A stretch of 64,000 nucleotides of DNA from assembly GCA_951406725.2 (NCBI GenBank), contig OX597818.1, positions 35,526,001-35,590,000 of the forward strand. The letters run 5' to 3'. The stretch's first letter is position 1; each line of letters begins with the position of its first letter. The notes below the pieces were generated by a model. It had not been told where the DNA came from. It made no database searches and saw nothing but the letters and a program-made list of their open reading frames with translations. A program made the translations under genes and the position numbers. Positions 30,990-45,778 of the stretch are shown here, in pieces. Origin of the DNA: Octopus vulgaris. Lineage: Eukaryota.

Positions 30990-31205
30990 ATAATTCCTTC
31001 TACTAAAGACACAAGGCCTGAAATTTGTGGGGAGGCGACTAGTCATTAACATCGACCTCAGTATTTCACTGGTACTTAATTTATCAACCCCGAAAGGATG
31101 ACTGGCAAATTCGACCTCGCAGGGATATGTATTCAGAACCTTAAAATGGACGAAAAGTCGCTAAGCATTTCTTCCGGTGTTCTTACTATTTATTCCACTG
31201 CCCTA
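30990..31205 (-). mobile_element. Family B SINE
   Basis: ggtacttaatttatcaaccccgaaaggatga...tcgacctcg is the reverse complement of the family B core. Confidence 0.75.
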
Positions 31206-31339
31206 ATGGTAAGGTTAATAAAGAAGCAAAATTAGGAGAATTAAATAAAGTCGGGAGTAATGCTAAATAAATAGTACGTAAAATTTCTATTATAGATTTT
31301 ATAAAACTTAAATGCTTTGCAATATTTGCGACCCAATAG

Positions 31340-31980
<641 letters not shown>

Positions 31981-32435
31981 ATAAAGAAGCAAATATAAAT
32001 AAGGGAAATTGAAAGCTTCTTTCAATATGCCTAATTAATTAATTTTCTTTATTAGGACGAGGAATAACAAAACAGAATGCAATAACAACTTGATTTGATT
32101 GTGTTGTGACGTAATGAAATGCGGTGGAAGATCACTATTGATAAATCCTCTTATACCATTAAGTCCTGAACATAAACGTCTCTAACAACCCGGGTAGACA
32201 AGTAATTATGCGTTCAAAGCTAAGCAGTTATGTACTTAATGCTATTGAGTACTTAATGTAGTTACCTACTTAATGTATTTGCATATTTAACATTCAAGTT
32301 AATTAAAAACATTCATAGTATATATATTAACTAGGTCTTATATATGTGTGTGTGTGTGTGCGTATGTGTGAGTGTGTGTATGTATGTATGTCTGTATGTA
32401 TGTATACATATATATGAATATATATATATATGTAT

Positions 32436-32494
<59 letters not shown>

Positions 32495-32613
32495 ATATAT
32501 ATATATATATATATATATACACGCCACGCACATATGCATACACATATATACATGCATTCATATACATATATATATATATTACTTGTATTATGTACACATG
32601 TATGTATGTATAC

Positions 32614-32659
<46 letters not shown>

Positions 32660-33250
32660 CTATCTATCTATCTATCTATCTATCATCTATATATATATAT
32701 ATATATGCATATATACGTATACGCACGCACACATACATATATGCATATATACACAGAGACACAGACACACATACGTGCACACACGTGCGCACACAGATAG
32801 ACAGACACACACACAAACCTATAATGAAACGGGATCTATGGTGACTGTATATCCTCATTTCTTTTATATTGCAACTTTGAGATACAACATTTTCTATCAG
32901 CTATATTTTCTTTTTAACATCCAGTGGACGATTTTAAACAGTTGAAAGCAGATACAGTAGAAGACCGGACTAAATTTTTACATGGTCTTTTCTTTTCTTT
33001 TTTTTTCCGTAATATCTAGAATCTCGTCCAGGGATGCTTTTTAATAAAATAAACATATTGATCTACAGACAGCTTGTTATGGTCTAGAGTAAGAAGTAGT
33101 GGAACATAAACGGTTCGAAATTGGAATAAACAGATTTCCCGTGAAAACGAAGAAATGGCAAACAATTCCAGCAGTACAACTTGTCAGAATGTGATGTATT
33201 CTGCTTGAAACGAATCTGAATCTATTTATTTGGTACTATCGATAGCATCA

Positions 33251-33283
33251 CCCTCTGATGAGGGTGCTGCCGAAAGCGTTAGC
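33251..33283 (+). ncRNA. Candidate minimal hammerhead motif
   Basis: ccCT CTGATGA GG gtgctg CC GAAA GCG TT AG: intact core, but helices I and II are only 2 bp. Confidence 0.4.
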
Positions 33284-33330
33284 TATCTTCTGTTCATCAT
33301 GGCAAATCAATTCATTCTATTATTCTAGTA

Positions 33331-33817
33331 CCGTAAATCCTCGAGTATAATCCGCATTTTCTTCCCAAAATTTAAAGGTCAAAATCCCTAGTGCGAACTA
33401 TATACGTGGTTAAAAATGAAAATTATTTTCTAAGCAATGTCCGAATCTCTATTTGCTATCCGGCAATGTTTATTCAGACGCTTTTTGTGATGTCGAGCAC
33501 GAAAATACCTTAAGCTAAGCCTGAAAGCAATGAAGAATCATCCATAACTTGCAGTAAGCAACATTTATGAAACGTTATTACTGTTAATACTGTTATTTCT
33601 TTATTTTCTGCGAACAAAATGCACAAAAAATCTACACGTTTGCATTATCTTATATGTACAATAATAATAAAGGACGTTACCGTATACATTTTTACAACCC
33701 AAGGACGTTATATAGACCTCTTTGACTCAAGTTAAAGAAGGGGTGCGTATTATACACAAGGTATTATACTCAAGGGCGCATTATACTCAAGGGCGGACTA
33801 TACTCGAGGATTTACGG
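33331..33817. mobile_element. Tc2/pogo-like MITE with TA TSD
   Basis: TA|ccgtaaatcctcgagtataatccgc ... gcggactatactcgaggatttacgg|TA, with repeated subterminal tatactc.agg motifs. Confidence 0.88.
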
Positions 33818-35739
33818 TACTTATAATCGGGAAATTGGCGGAGTCGTTTGAGAGTCGGACTGAGGACTCTCGGTATTTGTCCCTTTACTCTGGATTCAAA
33901 TCCCAGCGGTGTTAATTTCGTCTTATTGTTTTTCAGAGTCGATAGGAAATGTACTAAATCCAGGGTGGTGGTCTGGCGGAGAGCTGAACTGATGCCCTGC
34001 GGCATTTGTTCTGATTTTGTACGTTTTTGGTTCAAGTCTCGCCATGACCTACTTGGAGTATAGACGTAATTATTTCATGGAGTTAACGCCATCAGCTAGC
34101 ACCTTGGCTGCCTTTTGCGCAGTCCACTCTGTTGTAAGTTTTCAGGCCAGTATTCTGGTTTCAGAATGTCATCCTTCCACCAAATCTGGAAGTTCTGTAA
34201 AGGGCACTGTTTTTTTACCTCTGGAATATATGAAAAAGAAACTTTTTTATTTTGTTTTTGGATTTGGTTTGCAAGATTCTTTATGTGAGTTCGTGTGTTG
34301 AAGCATATTCTGTTGTGTCTGGGGAGAGTCATTCTCTTTTGTTGCCTTATAATTTAAAACACTCACCGGTAAAATTTCCACATATTTCTTTGTCCATAGA
34401 TCAAATTCTAACAACACATTGCACACTAAGTCGATACAATCGACTTATCCCTTCATTTGCAACAGATGGTTTTGTCAGATGCAATTGTAATGTATATATA
34501 TATTACAGACTCACGATATCAAGTTTATAGGAAAGTTGAAATTAATTCGTGTAACATCCTGGACTGCTTTTCTGGAAGTAATTATGTGCTTAATTAAAAC
34601 AGAGGTACAACAATCTTGATTCGAAACCTAATTGCAACATCTTGCTGTCAGAAGTTGATCTCAATGATATATATACAATGAGATAACAGAAACATATGTA
34701 TGATATATCATACTGAGATAATGGAATAGAAATATTGAAATCGGATACATGTATAAAGCATAAAAATTTTAAAATATAATGAATAAAAGAAGTGAGAAAG
34801 AAAATACACTGCCAATATGCTGTCATAAGATAGCGGGATCGTTTTTTTCCTTTTTTTTTAATCAATGTCTTTGAAAGAGAACACACCATCTGCATCGGAA
34901 AACTGCATTAATATTTATATCTGTCCTGTCCTACTTGAACTCGAAAATGAGTGTTTGATTACTCAGTAATCTAGCAAACGATTTAATCAGCAGATTATCG
35001 ACAATATATATTCAATAGAGCCTTGTTTGGTTTGAGTCCGGTGACAGTGTACACATGTAAACGGACAACAAAGGCAAATGCCGTTTAAGTTGAACTACAA
35101 TAATAATGAACAAAAGGAAAAACGGTACTAAGCATGCTACAATATTAACAAAGCTCTTGAATTGGTTGGAGATAATGTTTAGTGTTTCTATGAAGTTGAA
35201 AGTGATAAAATGACTTCTACTAGTCTGAATAAGTGAAAACTGAAAACAGAATAGACATTAATAGATAAATGAAGTTTATATTGATTTCTTCTAACAAATT
35301 GACTCAAATACCAGGTTTTGCATATGCTATATCTTGCTTGATATCAACGAGGGCGATAACAACAATAACAACTATAAGCAGAAAGAAAGGCAAATGCAAA
35401 TCAAAACATAGAAAATGTAGCTAGTGAACTCTTATGAAAAAAAAAAACGGAGATGCGAAATAAGTACTTTTATACACGGCGATATTATCACGTATACGCC
35501 ATCGTTTTTGCTATCTTATCCTACACAATATCCTCCACCTCCTCCTCCTCCTCCTCATCATCATCATCATACCTCCACCACCACCACCACCACCACCACC
35601 ACCACCACTACCACCGCCACCGCCGCCACTACCACCATTTGGTTATATAATACCTTTTTATGACAAACTCTACCGAATACAGAAAAAATAATAACACTCT
35701 ATGCTTTTCGGCATAGTGCGATTCTTTAAATAGTGTATT

Positions 35740-36100
35740 CAAGTGGTTTGTAACCATTTTTTTTATCTATGAACCCCTTGTTTACTAGCTTATTCTGGTG
35801 GACACCAGATGTATACGATGTTTTGCAGATACTTGTTTCAAAATTTCTATTTTGCTTTTCACACATCCACTTTTGTAGATTTGCAATAGTTCTCCCCGAG
35901 AGAACGTCTCAGTGACTGGAAACACGTTAAGCTTTGAAACCTAGCTGTTTCTGGAAATAAATACAAGGTGAGCAAAATTGTTTTATGGACCCTTAAAATA
36001 CTACTATGGATCTTCAATTTACTATTTTGCGGGCGTGCCCACCCTGCCCAATCTTATATCGACCACCAGTGGTCATATGGCTTCCAGTAGAGAACCACTG
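35740..36100. mobile_element. Degenerate hAT-like MITE
   Basis: caagtggtttgtaacc ... agagaaccactg imperfect TIRs with internal atggaccc-like motifs; no TSD resolved. Confidence 0.35.
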
Positions 36101-37519
36101 ATGTAGTCTTAGATTAATGAAGTGTTAGAATATAAGTTAATAGGAAGGAAATTAAATTATTTTCGGTCATAGATCAACTCAGTCAGGTCTAACCTGGAGA
36201 TAAGTAATGTAAGAATGAATATTCTAATGAAGACAAAAATAAAAATGAAAACTTCAGTTACGTAGTTCACTACGCCATACCTTCAGCTCGAAATATCTTG
36301 TAGAAAAATTTATTGTTAAGTCAACAAAAATATCTCGCTGTTTTAAAAAAAAATTCTATTTTTTATATTACTTCGAGAAATGTGTTCATGCGATAATGTT
36401 TATTTTGAAAATTGACTTTTTATTATTAGCCAGAAAAAAAAATAGAAGAAATATTTCGAATGATTTTAGTAAGATGAAGCCATAAATATAGTGTACTGCA
36501 AAATATATTTGGAAAATTTTCCCGTCGTTCTTCAGCTATGAGCAAAATTATTTCAAATGTGATCATTAAATCTTTTTTTCATTTCTACATCTAGGACTAC
36601 AAGGCTCAGAATACCCAGTTTTTTCTAATATGGTAGAAAATAATTTAAGGAAAATATAGTGTTATTTCTTGTAAATCAAGCTACCATGTAGAAGAGAGCC
36701 AACGAGAACAAAAATAATGATATCTCACACGGGTGCAAATTCGAAAATATTCAGAAGACTGTTATAACTATTTGAAAAGTTAATATTGCATTACGAGTAT
36801 TATTCTGACGAGTAATATCAATACTGTACGACATTAATCAGCACTTTACTATTTAAGCTACCACCACAATATGCAAGATCCATCATGGTTTCCCATAGTC
36901 CTTGGGCGGGGAATTCTCAACAGCAAAATACGTTACAAATAACACAAAGCAATGTGAGTTATGAATCAAGTTTGGCTTTTTGTTTTATAAAGGTTCTCTC
37001 TTTGATTTGGCAGGGATAATTTTGATGAAAACGTGTGGGTTGTTGAGGTTTTGGAGGCATTATTCCTGTTGATGGAAGATATGACTATGAGTTATTTTAT
37101 GCCGATCATGGTGAAGAGGAATATGATGGCAAGTATGACGTCTTCTGTTTGTTGAAAGCAACATACAGATATACATATGTGTGTGTGTGTATGTATACAT
37201 ATACGTAGATATAATATATTACATATATAGGTACGTGTGTATGGGGCGGGGGAGTGAAAAACCTATCAACAGGGAATAAGATATAAAAAAATACGTGGAC
37301 AGGAAAGGAAGTAGAAAGAGACAAGAAATCAATGAAGGCAATATGATGCATATAAATGTGCGTATATATGTGTGAGTGTATGTGTGTATGTATGTGTGTG
37401 TGTCCACACGCGTGCGCACACACATACATGCCCATGAAATATCAGACTGTTTTTCTTCTTATCTCAATCTTTTTATCTTCTAACTCACCAACTGATACTG
37501 TCTTACGTTTTAACACTTC

Positions 37520-37591
<72 letters not shown>

Positions 37592-37597
37592 ACATAC

Positions 37598-37644
<47 letters not shown>

Positions 37645-37957
37645 ATCTAATCTAATGTAATCTAATGTAATCTATTCCGTTTGTGTGTCTATCTACTTAT
37701 CTATATTTATCCAACTAGCTACCTATACGTCTGAGAATCTCTTTTCCCCAGCCTTGTCTTTCTCTCTCGGTCGCAATTAGACACATCAGGGACGAAATCT
37801 ATAGATATTTTTTTTTTTTTCTGTTTAAACACAAAATAGAATTCTACATTAGTCTCATAGTTTTCTGATTACAGACTGCAGAACTTAAGACCAATTAACT
37901 ACTTCCACTTTAGTGTTCGATTCAAAGATTTACGAGCAAGGAGTTAACTTCAATCAC

Positions 37958-38100
37958 TTGTCCAGGTCGTGCTTATTTTCTCACAAGATATCTCCACGTC
38001 GTTTTGTCTAGATAAAAGCGCTCTCCACGAAATGACGAGAAAACGTAAAGCCGACAACAATGGCCGAGAACTTCTGGATGATAAGAATATTAGCGAAGGA
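37958..38100 (+). mobile_element. Very old R4/Dong RT fragment
   Basis: VLIFSQDISTSFCLDKSALHEMTRKRKADNNGRELLDDKNI resembles the FS.DI.M.FGLDKCA motif of R4-clade RT. Confidence 0.55.
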
Positions 38101-38346
38101 CAAGTCAAAAGACAAGATCACGTCGAAGTACGTTTGTTGAGTGGAGATGCTCTGTTGATCTGAACTGAATGGAGGCAAACTGAAGGCGGGAGATAGGATA
38201 CTATCTAATGGAAGCAGCTAAGGAGAAACTTCAATGTCGTTATAAACCTCTCCATCGTTTACATAAAAAGAAGATTCATGCACACAAACACACACACACG
38301 CACACACTTAGAGAGAGAGAGAGAGATATGTATATGCGTATGTATG

Positions 38347-38380
<34 letters not shown>

Positions 38381-38471
38381 TGTATGTATGTATGTATGTA
38401 TGTATGTATGTATGTATGTATGTATATAATGTGTGCATGTATGTGTGTGTATGTATATATGTATGTACACG

Positions 38472-38865
38472 CGGGAGTGGCTGTGTGGTAAGTAGCTTGC
38501 TTACCATGGTTCTGGGTTCAGTCCCACTACGTGGCACCATGGGCAAGTGTCTTCTACTATAGCCTCGGGCCGACCAAAGCCTTGCGAGTGGATTTGGTAG
38601 ACGAAACCGAAAGAAACCTGTCGTATATACGTATATATATATATGTATGTGTGTATATGTTTGTGTCTGTGTGTTTGTCACTCCAACATCGCTTGACAAC
38701 CGATGCTGGTGTGTTTACGTCCCAGTAACTTAGCGGTTCGGCAAGAGAGAACGATAGAATAAGTACTAGGCTTACAAGGAATAAGTCCTCAGGTCGATTT
38801 GCTCGACTAAAGGCGATGCTCCAGCATGGCCCCAGTCAAATGACTGAAACAAATAAAAGAGTAAA
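38472..38865 (+). mobile_element. Family A SINE
   Basis: Head, short internal microsatellite and tail all present. Confidence 0.9.
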
Positions 38866-39975
38866 AAAGTTAAAATATGTACACACTCACACATAAATAT
38901 ATACATATAGTTATATATGTATGTATACACACACGCACACATATATATTAAATATCGTTGTCTGTGAGTCTTTTGACATACCCAACCCAAAAAAATTGGT
39001 GCTTTTGATTCTCTGTGAAGACATCGTTCAGTGCGCTCCTCTCTGCAATTATCTCATTTCGAATTTGATCTCGTAATGATATTCCCGGCATGATATTCCC
39101 AGCATAGATCTTTCCATGGCCGTTTGTGTCGTGGGCTATCGATGTTCAATCCTCTTCCAAGTAGCTCACGTCTCGCTTACATATAAAAAGCGCAAACAGG
39201 TTGCTACTATTGAAGAGTCTGGCTTGTATGATATTGTCTATATGTATATATATATATATATATATGTATATGGGGGGGATACAATCAAATTTCTCTACTA
39301 CCCTCACCCACCAAAGATCCACTGGAATAACTCAAAACTAATGTATTTTAACTTAACGGAATTCTCGCTTATAAGAAATATTCAGTTGAAGACAAACTGA
39401 CATATTAATTCAACAACATGGCGACAGTATTGATTTGACTGTTTTAGGGATTTCAGCCACTTGGTCACGACCATGGTGACTCACATACGTTTTCCTAAAC
39501 ACGTACATGAACTTCCACATTCACATTTAATATGGTACAAATTTCGAGTTGAATTCCTTCCTACTAAAACAGCAAACTCTCTAATAATCTTCCGACGTCA
39601 TTTGCCGTTTAGACGCCGACGCCTAATGGCAGCTATACATTCATAAATTTGTTTCATTGGAATACATGACACTGTAGGGATGCGCTACATTAATTCAGTT
39701 TGCTTGATTTCAGATTCATGCGAATGTTTATACAATTAGAATACCATTTTTAAAAGATATGTGGAATGTTACACGTCATGAAGCGTCATTTTGAATTTCT
39801 TCTTTCGCTGCATGAAACCTGTCTTCGATTTTTGGAGTCACAGAGGTGGTAATGGATAATTATTTGAAAATAACGTGCTTATGAATCAGTAAAGTTATTT
39901 AGAGTGTTGAGGGTCTACCTTTTTTTATCATTAGGTCCTCTTTGATAGCAATAATAATAATAATAATAATAATAA

Positions 39976-40061
<86 letters not shown>

Positions 40062-40087
40062 TAATAATAATGATGATGATGATGATG

Positions 40088-40154
<67 letters not shown>

Positions 40155-40155
<1 letters not shown>

Positions 40156-40496
40156 GTGTCTCTAAAAGAAATGGAGAAACTCTCAAAATACAAAGACCTG
40201 GAAATAGAGGTAACTAGAATGTGGAATCTGAAAACAGAAACAATTCCTATCATAGTAGGTGCATTAGGCATGATAAAAAAATATTCAGACAAATACATAA
40301 CAAAAACACCAGGACTTACAAACACATACAACATACAGAAAATTGCACTACTAGGCACTGCACACATCCTACGCAGAACACTTTCCATACAATAACCATC
40401 AGAGCATCACAACAAATCACAGCACATACCCAAGGCACACAGAGCTGCGCTCGGTAGTGAAGTGAAAGCACCATATAAAAAATATACTACTGAAAA
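40155..40496 (+). mobile_element. 5'-truncated R4/Dong non-LTR retrotransposon inside (AAT)n
   Basis: Uninterrupted ORF end KEMEKLSKYKDLEIEVTRMWNLKTETIPIIVGALG...QKIALLGTAHILRRTL* (C-terminus of the restriction-like endonuclease) plus ~100 bp 3' UTR; (AAT)n on both sides (39950-40154, 40497-40786). Confidence 0.9.
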
Positions 40497-40564
40497 ATAA
40501 TAATAATAAAAGTAATAATAATAATAATAATAAAAGTAATAATAATAATAATAATAATAATAGC

Positions 40565-40701
<137 letters not shown>

Positions 40702-40741
40702 TAATAATAATAATAATAATAACAATAATAATAATAATAAC

Positions 40742-40787
<46 letters not shown>

Positions 40788-41506
40788 GGATTAAATCTGT
40801 GGTTATCGCAACACAAAATTTAAGAAACTGCAAAGAAATGAAGAAAAAATGCTCCTTATTGTAAGTAATTTCAGGGCGCCGAAATTTTTCTCTCCTATAT
40901 GAAACATATTCGCTGCCGGGCATGTAGTCTCTGCAAAGCACGTGTGTAAGAATGTAAACAACACGTGGAGATGCGATATACTTATATAGCAAGTTAAACA
41001 ACACGCGAAAATACGATCTCCCTATAAAAAATCTGTTAGTACAAATATTAATCTCATATGGGTTCTCATTTCTAAACATATACACATAACTGTAATGTTT
41101 ATACTGTTCACACACGTCACGTACAGCCTTTCACAACATAGAACACCCAGAGTTCAAACAACATAAAAGAGAGAAATGATAATAAATATAAACTGTAACA
41201 CGTCTCATTTTAATTGGAGAGAAAAAAGCAGATGTGTTCGGTAATAAAACTATCAAAAGAAATAGATGTGAACTTCGATCTGTGAGTCTTGAGCCCTCAC
41301 GATACGAAGGAAGTTTCAAATACTTCCAGAGACGGTGTTCTGTTAAAAAGTCAACGCTGAACTGACAGATACCTCACTTGATGACACTGCCTAAGCGAAA
41401 AATAAAACAAAAAGAGGACGATGGACAGATGACGACTACATTGGAGTACTATGTGCAGTCTACACTGCAAAATTATACCCAAAACACACAGAGATAATAA
41501 AAGTAA

Positions 41507-41842
41507 GGGTAAAGACCCCCTTCTGTCATGAATGACCATGGGATTGCACCTAGAAAGTTACCCTCCTAGACACAAGTCCGGGCAAGGTTGTTTATGGAAG
41601 ACCAGCAGTCGCCCACGCATACCAGCCTCCCCTCTCCACGCCACCAGTGTTATCCAAGGGAAAGACAAAGGTCGATACAGCTTGGCACCTGTGACGTCGC
41701 AACTCATTTCTACAGCTGAGTGAACTGGAGCAACGTGAAAAAAAGTGCCTTGCTCAAGAACACAACACGCAGCCCGGTCCGGGATTCGAGCTCACAACCT
41801 CACAATCGTAAGCTCGACGCTCTAACCACTGAGCCATGCACC
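41507..41842 (-). mobile_element. tRNA-derived SINE (family D) with 12-bp TSD
   Basis: Head ggtgcatggctcagtggttagagcgtcgagcttacgattgtgaggttgtgagctcgaatcccgg on minus; TSD taataaaagtaa at 41495-41506 and 41843-41854. Confidence 0.88.
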
Positions 41843-42514
41843 TAATAAAAGTAACATATGAAATATGGAGGAGAAGAAATATTGAAATTAGGAAAAAACA
41901 TTCGGAAAGCACTCTTTCAAATATCCGGCAATATATTATGTGGGAGGGAAAGGAGCCCAAAAACGAAACAGACAAATTAGTAGAAAAAATACACACTGAA
42001 AATATAACAAAACCTATCAAAACTCAAGACAATGAGCTGCAACAAAGCAAATATAGCTTATCACGCATTATATCTTTGAATTGAAATAAAATCCCACGAA
42101 AGAAAGGAGTACAACAGATGTAACAATGCATACAGTGAATACAAGGCTAAGCGAGAGTAAAATCTTTAAAAAGCTTCATACGTCAGAAATAAATAGTATA
42201 GCACAGGAAACCAACAACACACATAGACAAACAAATACTCAAACACAAAACAACAATAATCAAAATGACAGACACCATGACAAGCGAGCTATGAAATAAC
42301 TCAAAGAAAGCAATCCGCAAATATAAGACTCACTCTATAAAGCAAATATCCAATAAAATAAACAACCACCAACAGGCTTGATACCCAACAGAAGAACACT
42401 ACTTGCATTATACACACAACACAAAATACAAACACTAATACAGCAAAAGATTGCAACCAACATTTCTTTGAATAAAACAAACAGTTCAACTCCAACCCTA
42501 ATTCCACATTTATT

Positions 42515-42713
42515 AGTCCCCTTCCTCATGTGCAGGCGATAAGTGTCTGCACGTGGATGATGGATTCCATACATCGTTAGGAGGCTTTCTTTGCTTCATA
42601 TCTATCTCCTTTAGCTCCTCTTTGTCCACTTCAAGATTCCAGCACCATACCGAACCACTGAAACTGCGCGCGTGTTTATTGCCGAAATTGTTTCTAGCAT
42701 TCAGCTTTGAAGC
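42515..42713 (-). mobile_element. R4/Dong LINE post-RT fragment beside (ATT)n
   Basis: Frameshifted translation SKLNARN...AINTRAVSVVRYGAGILKWTKEELKEIDMK...TMYGIHHPRADTYRLHMRKG. Confidence 0.8.
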
Positions 42714-42715
42714 CA

Positions 42716-42790
42716 ATTATTATTGTTATTGTTATTATTATTATTATTATTATCATTATTATTATCATTATTATTATCATCATCATCATA

Positions 42791-42852
<62 letters not shown>

Positions 42853-43028
42853 ATTGATCCCACTGTTCAACTGGTGCTTATTTCATGGACCCCGAACGAT
42901 GAAAGGTAAAGTCGACCTCGGCAGAATTTGAACTCAGAACGTAGCGACGGGCGAAATTATTATTATTATTATGATGATGATGATACTGATGACGATGGTG
43001 TTGATGATGTTGATGATGATGATGTTGT

Positions 43029-43087
<59 letters not shown>

Positions 43088-43090
43088 ACA
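42716..43090. repeat. (ATT)n/(GAT)n microsatellites with a family B SINE fragment (minus, ~42852-42957)
   Basis: Directly visible arrays and gatgaaaggtaaagtcgacctcggcagaatttgaactcagaacgt. Confidence 0.85.
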
Positions 43091-43552
43091 ACAACACCAG
43101 CACTTACTGAAAACATAAAAGGCTGGCTGAGATAAGCAAAACATAATATCTATGAGACTGATCATTAATATAGGAAGATTAAAATTATTATTATTCACAC
43201 AGAAAGATGAAAACAGTTCAGTTAGATATGATCAAAGGCGTTCTGGGAGTGAAGTAGCTTTTGCTAGACGTATCACTTCCAAAAGAAGACCAGAAGATCA
43301 TATGTTTATATTGAGTAATAATCTGAAATATAAAAATCTGCAAATAGAGATAACCAGAACGTAGGGACTGCAGGTCCAACCATCCACATATATATTTATA
43401 TATGTGTATGTGTATGTTTGTTTGTGTGTGGGTGTGTATGTGTTTGTTTGTGTAAAGACTTGATTTTTATGTCAAGTTATATATAAAAAACATTTAATGA
43501 TATTAACATTAAACTTAAGGATTACGCAAAAGTTTTACAAGGAAACGGTTAG

Positions 43553-43601
43553 CTATGACTTCGAAGTTTCGTGCTTCGGTCTGCCTGCCATCCTCAGACA
43601 A
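43553..43601 (-). ncRNA. Hammerhead motif in a decayed fold-back (~43535-43657)
   Basis: Minus TTGT CTGAGGA ...weak helix II... GAAA CTTCGAAG TC ATAG; perfectly palindromic helix III ACTTCGAAGT, GUC triplet; degenerate mirror copy ctgatag...aaacttcgaaatca on plus. Confidence 0.6.
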
Positions 43602-43875
43602 TCTGATAGCGGCAAGTAAGCCTAAACTTCGAAATCACTTTCACTCTTTTCCATGTAAGAATGATATTGTATACGTGTATGTTTGTTTGTGTATCTACAT
43701 TCACAATACTCTCAAATTTCACAACTTTAAATACATCTAAATGTACATCTTTTAGAACATTGTCATTTTATAAGATTTTGCTGACAAATTCTTAAATAAG
43801 CATAAACATTTCTTTATATGAAAGAAAATTACCGGAGAACTGTCTTCTAATCCTTCCAAATCTTTCGGCTAAAAC

Positions 43876-44194
43876 TGTACTGAAACCGTAAAGTATACTA
43901 GCCATCTCAATATGGCTAACCACTAGGGGTGGGTGTTACTGCAGCTTTTTAGCCCCAGGAGATCATCGTCTCCAGCTGGCTTTAGACACAATTTCTGTGC
44001 CCTTATATTTGCAAAGGGAAGTCCCTTTTCAAATATCATAAGGGCGCAGAAATTGTGTCTAAAGCCAGCTGGAGACGATGATCTCCTGGGGCTAAAAAGC
44101 TGCAGTAACACCCACCCCTAGTGGTTAGCCATATTGAGATGGCTAGTATACTTTACGGTTTCAGTACATCTCGTTCAGAGATTTATTATTGCTT
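43876..44194. mobile_element. Near-perfect 293 bp palindrome (43876-44168) plus 26 bp tail; PLE-pLTR-like family also at 53.8/54.1 kb
   Basis: Arms almost identical (the mirrored 62-aa ORFs in the track reflect this); 2-nt loop at 44020-44021; 12-bp duplication tgtactgaaacc at 43876 and 44195. Confidence 0.9.
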
Positions 44195-44428
44195 TGTACT
44201 GAAACCATTTCTGGGAAAGAGAAAAAACCTCAATAATACAGCACCAAGTGCTTCAAGAGGTCGTACACTACAAGGTTAGCAAGCCAGCACGCTCGCAGCA
44301 TTGCTACGGGCGATGAAGAGGCTAAGACATACTCACTCACATTTATAGCGTGTACACATATTTTTTTCACGTACATCTACTAAACTCTTGACACACATTC
44401 TAACTTTATTCCCCAGTTATGTTTTGAT

Positions 44429-44750
44429 CACGTGATCACGTGATCGACCAGGCCATCAGATGTTGGTACACATGGCTTGTCACAATGCGCTTCGCATTGT
44501 TTTATGGTTAGGGTTAGGGTTCAAATGACGCCACCCCGCTGGCTAAGCGACCAGGCGAACAGAAGAAAGAGTGAGAGAAAGTTGTGGCGAAAGAGTACAG
44601 TAGGGATCGCCAACACCCCTTGCCGGAGCCTCGTGGAACATTATGTGTTTTTCGCTGAATAAACACTCACAACGCTCGGTCTGGGAATCGAAACCGCGAT
44701 CCTACGACCGCGAGTCCGCTGCCCTAACCACAAGGCCATTGTGCTTCCAC
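44429..44750 (-). mobile_element. Family C SINE, tail type 2, 10-bp TSD
   Basis: Same head as 28658; TSD atgttttgat at 44419-44428 and 44751-44760. Confidence 0.9.
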
Positions 44751-45606
44751 ATGTTTTGATACTAAACACATTATTGGAAACGACATTCTGTCTTAATTAC
44801 ACCAGATTCAAGACCACAGTTTGGTATTATTCAGTATCATTGTAGTAGAAAACTAATTAGCATTCGTCTTATCCGAAGATGTGAATTTCTGAGATCTTTC
44901 TTCAACTCAACCTTTAGCATGCACCAAATTAAGTAGGATTCTTCTAAACGACGACTACCTGACAATCCGTGTGGCTATATTTCCATGCCAGGTTTCTTTT
45001 TACGTCTTGGCAAATGATAACATGTTGATTACCAACGACGTCTTAAATACAATTGTTCCAGGAATCTCATTTCATTTTGTACCTTCATATCAGCATCTGG
45101 CTGTGTGAAGTCTTTTGAAAAATTCATCTCTTTCGTGGTCAATCATTTGGGGATTAAAGCGAAAGAAATTGAGTTATCTGTATCTTTTTGTTTTAATCTA
45201 ATCTCATCTCACATCGTTATTTCCTGCCAACTTTATTCGTTTTCTGAAAAGCATTAACTTATTTCCAAGTGAGAACGACTGAGAAGTTATAACGTTCTAA
45301 CACGTTCAAGAGGAACATTTTATTATTCATATATTTTTCTTTTTTTTTAGGTTAGGGCTTATTCTTCTTAGAATCCGATAATAAAATGCTTTGCAAATCG
45401 AAAATTGTCATACAGCAAACGCCTATAAAAACACCTTATTCTAGTTTGTTTTTAAATGAACATGCATGAAACCTGAAATATTTCTAGAGAATGACAACAC
45501 GAGTCACTGGGAGGTGTTGAACTGTTCATCTCAACAACCTTTCAAGTGGTTCCTTCTTTTAGCGGTAGCAGTACATAATACCTGATATATCTGTATATAT
45601 ATATAA

Positions 45607-45672
<66 letters not shown>

Positions 45673-45778
45673 TGGGGGGGGGGCGTGTGTGTGTTTGTCT
45701 TTATGTTCAGTTATAAGAAAGAATTTTACATAAATCTGATGTGTTACTTTTGTAGAATACAAATTTATTATTCTTAGT

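Noticed and set aside
37050-37165. GIIPVDGRYDYELFYADHGEEEYDGKYDVFC, ending in a Link-domain-like YDVFC
   Set aside because: Multiple stops upstream in frame, and the motif is too short to be significant.
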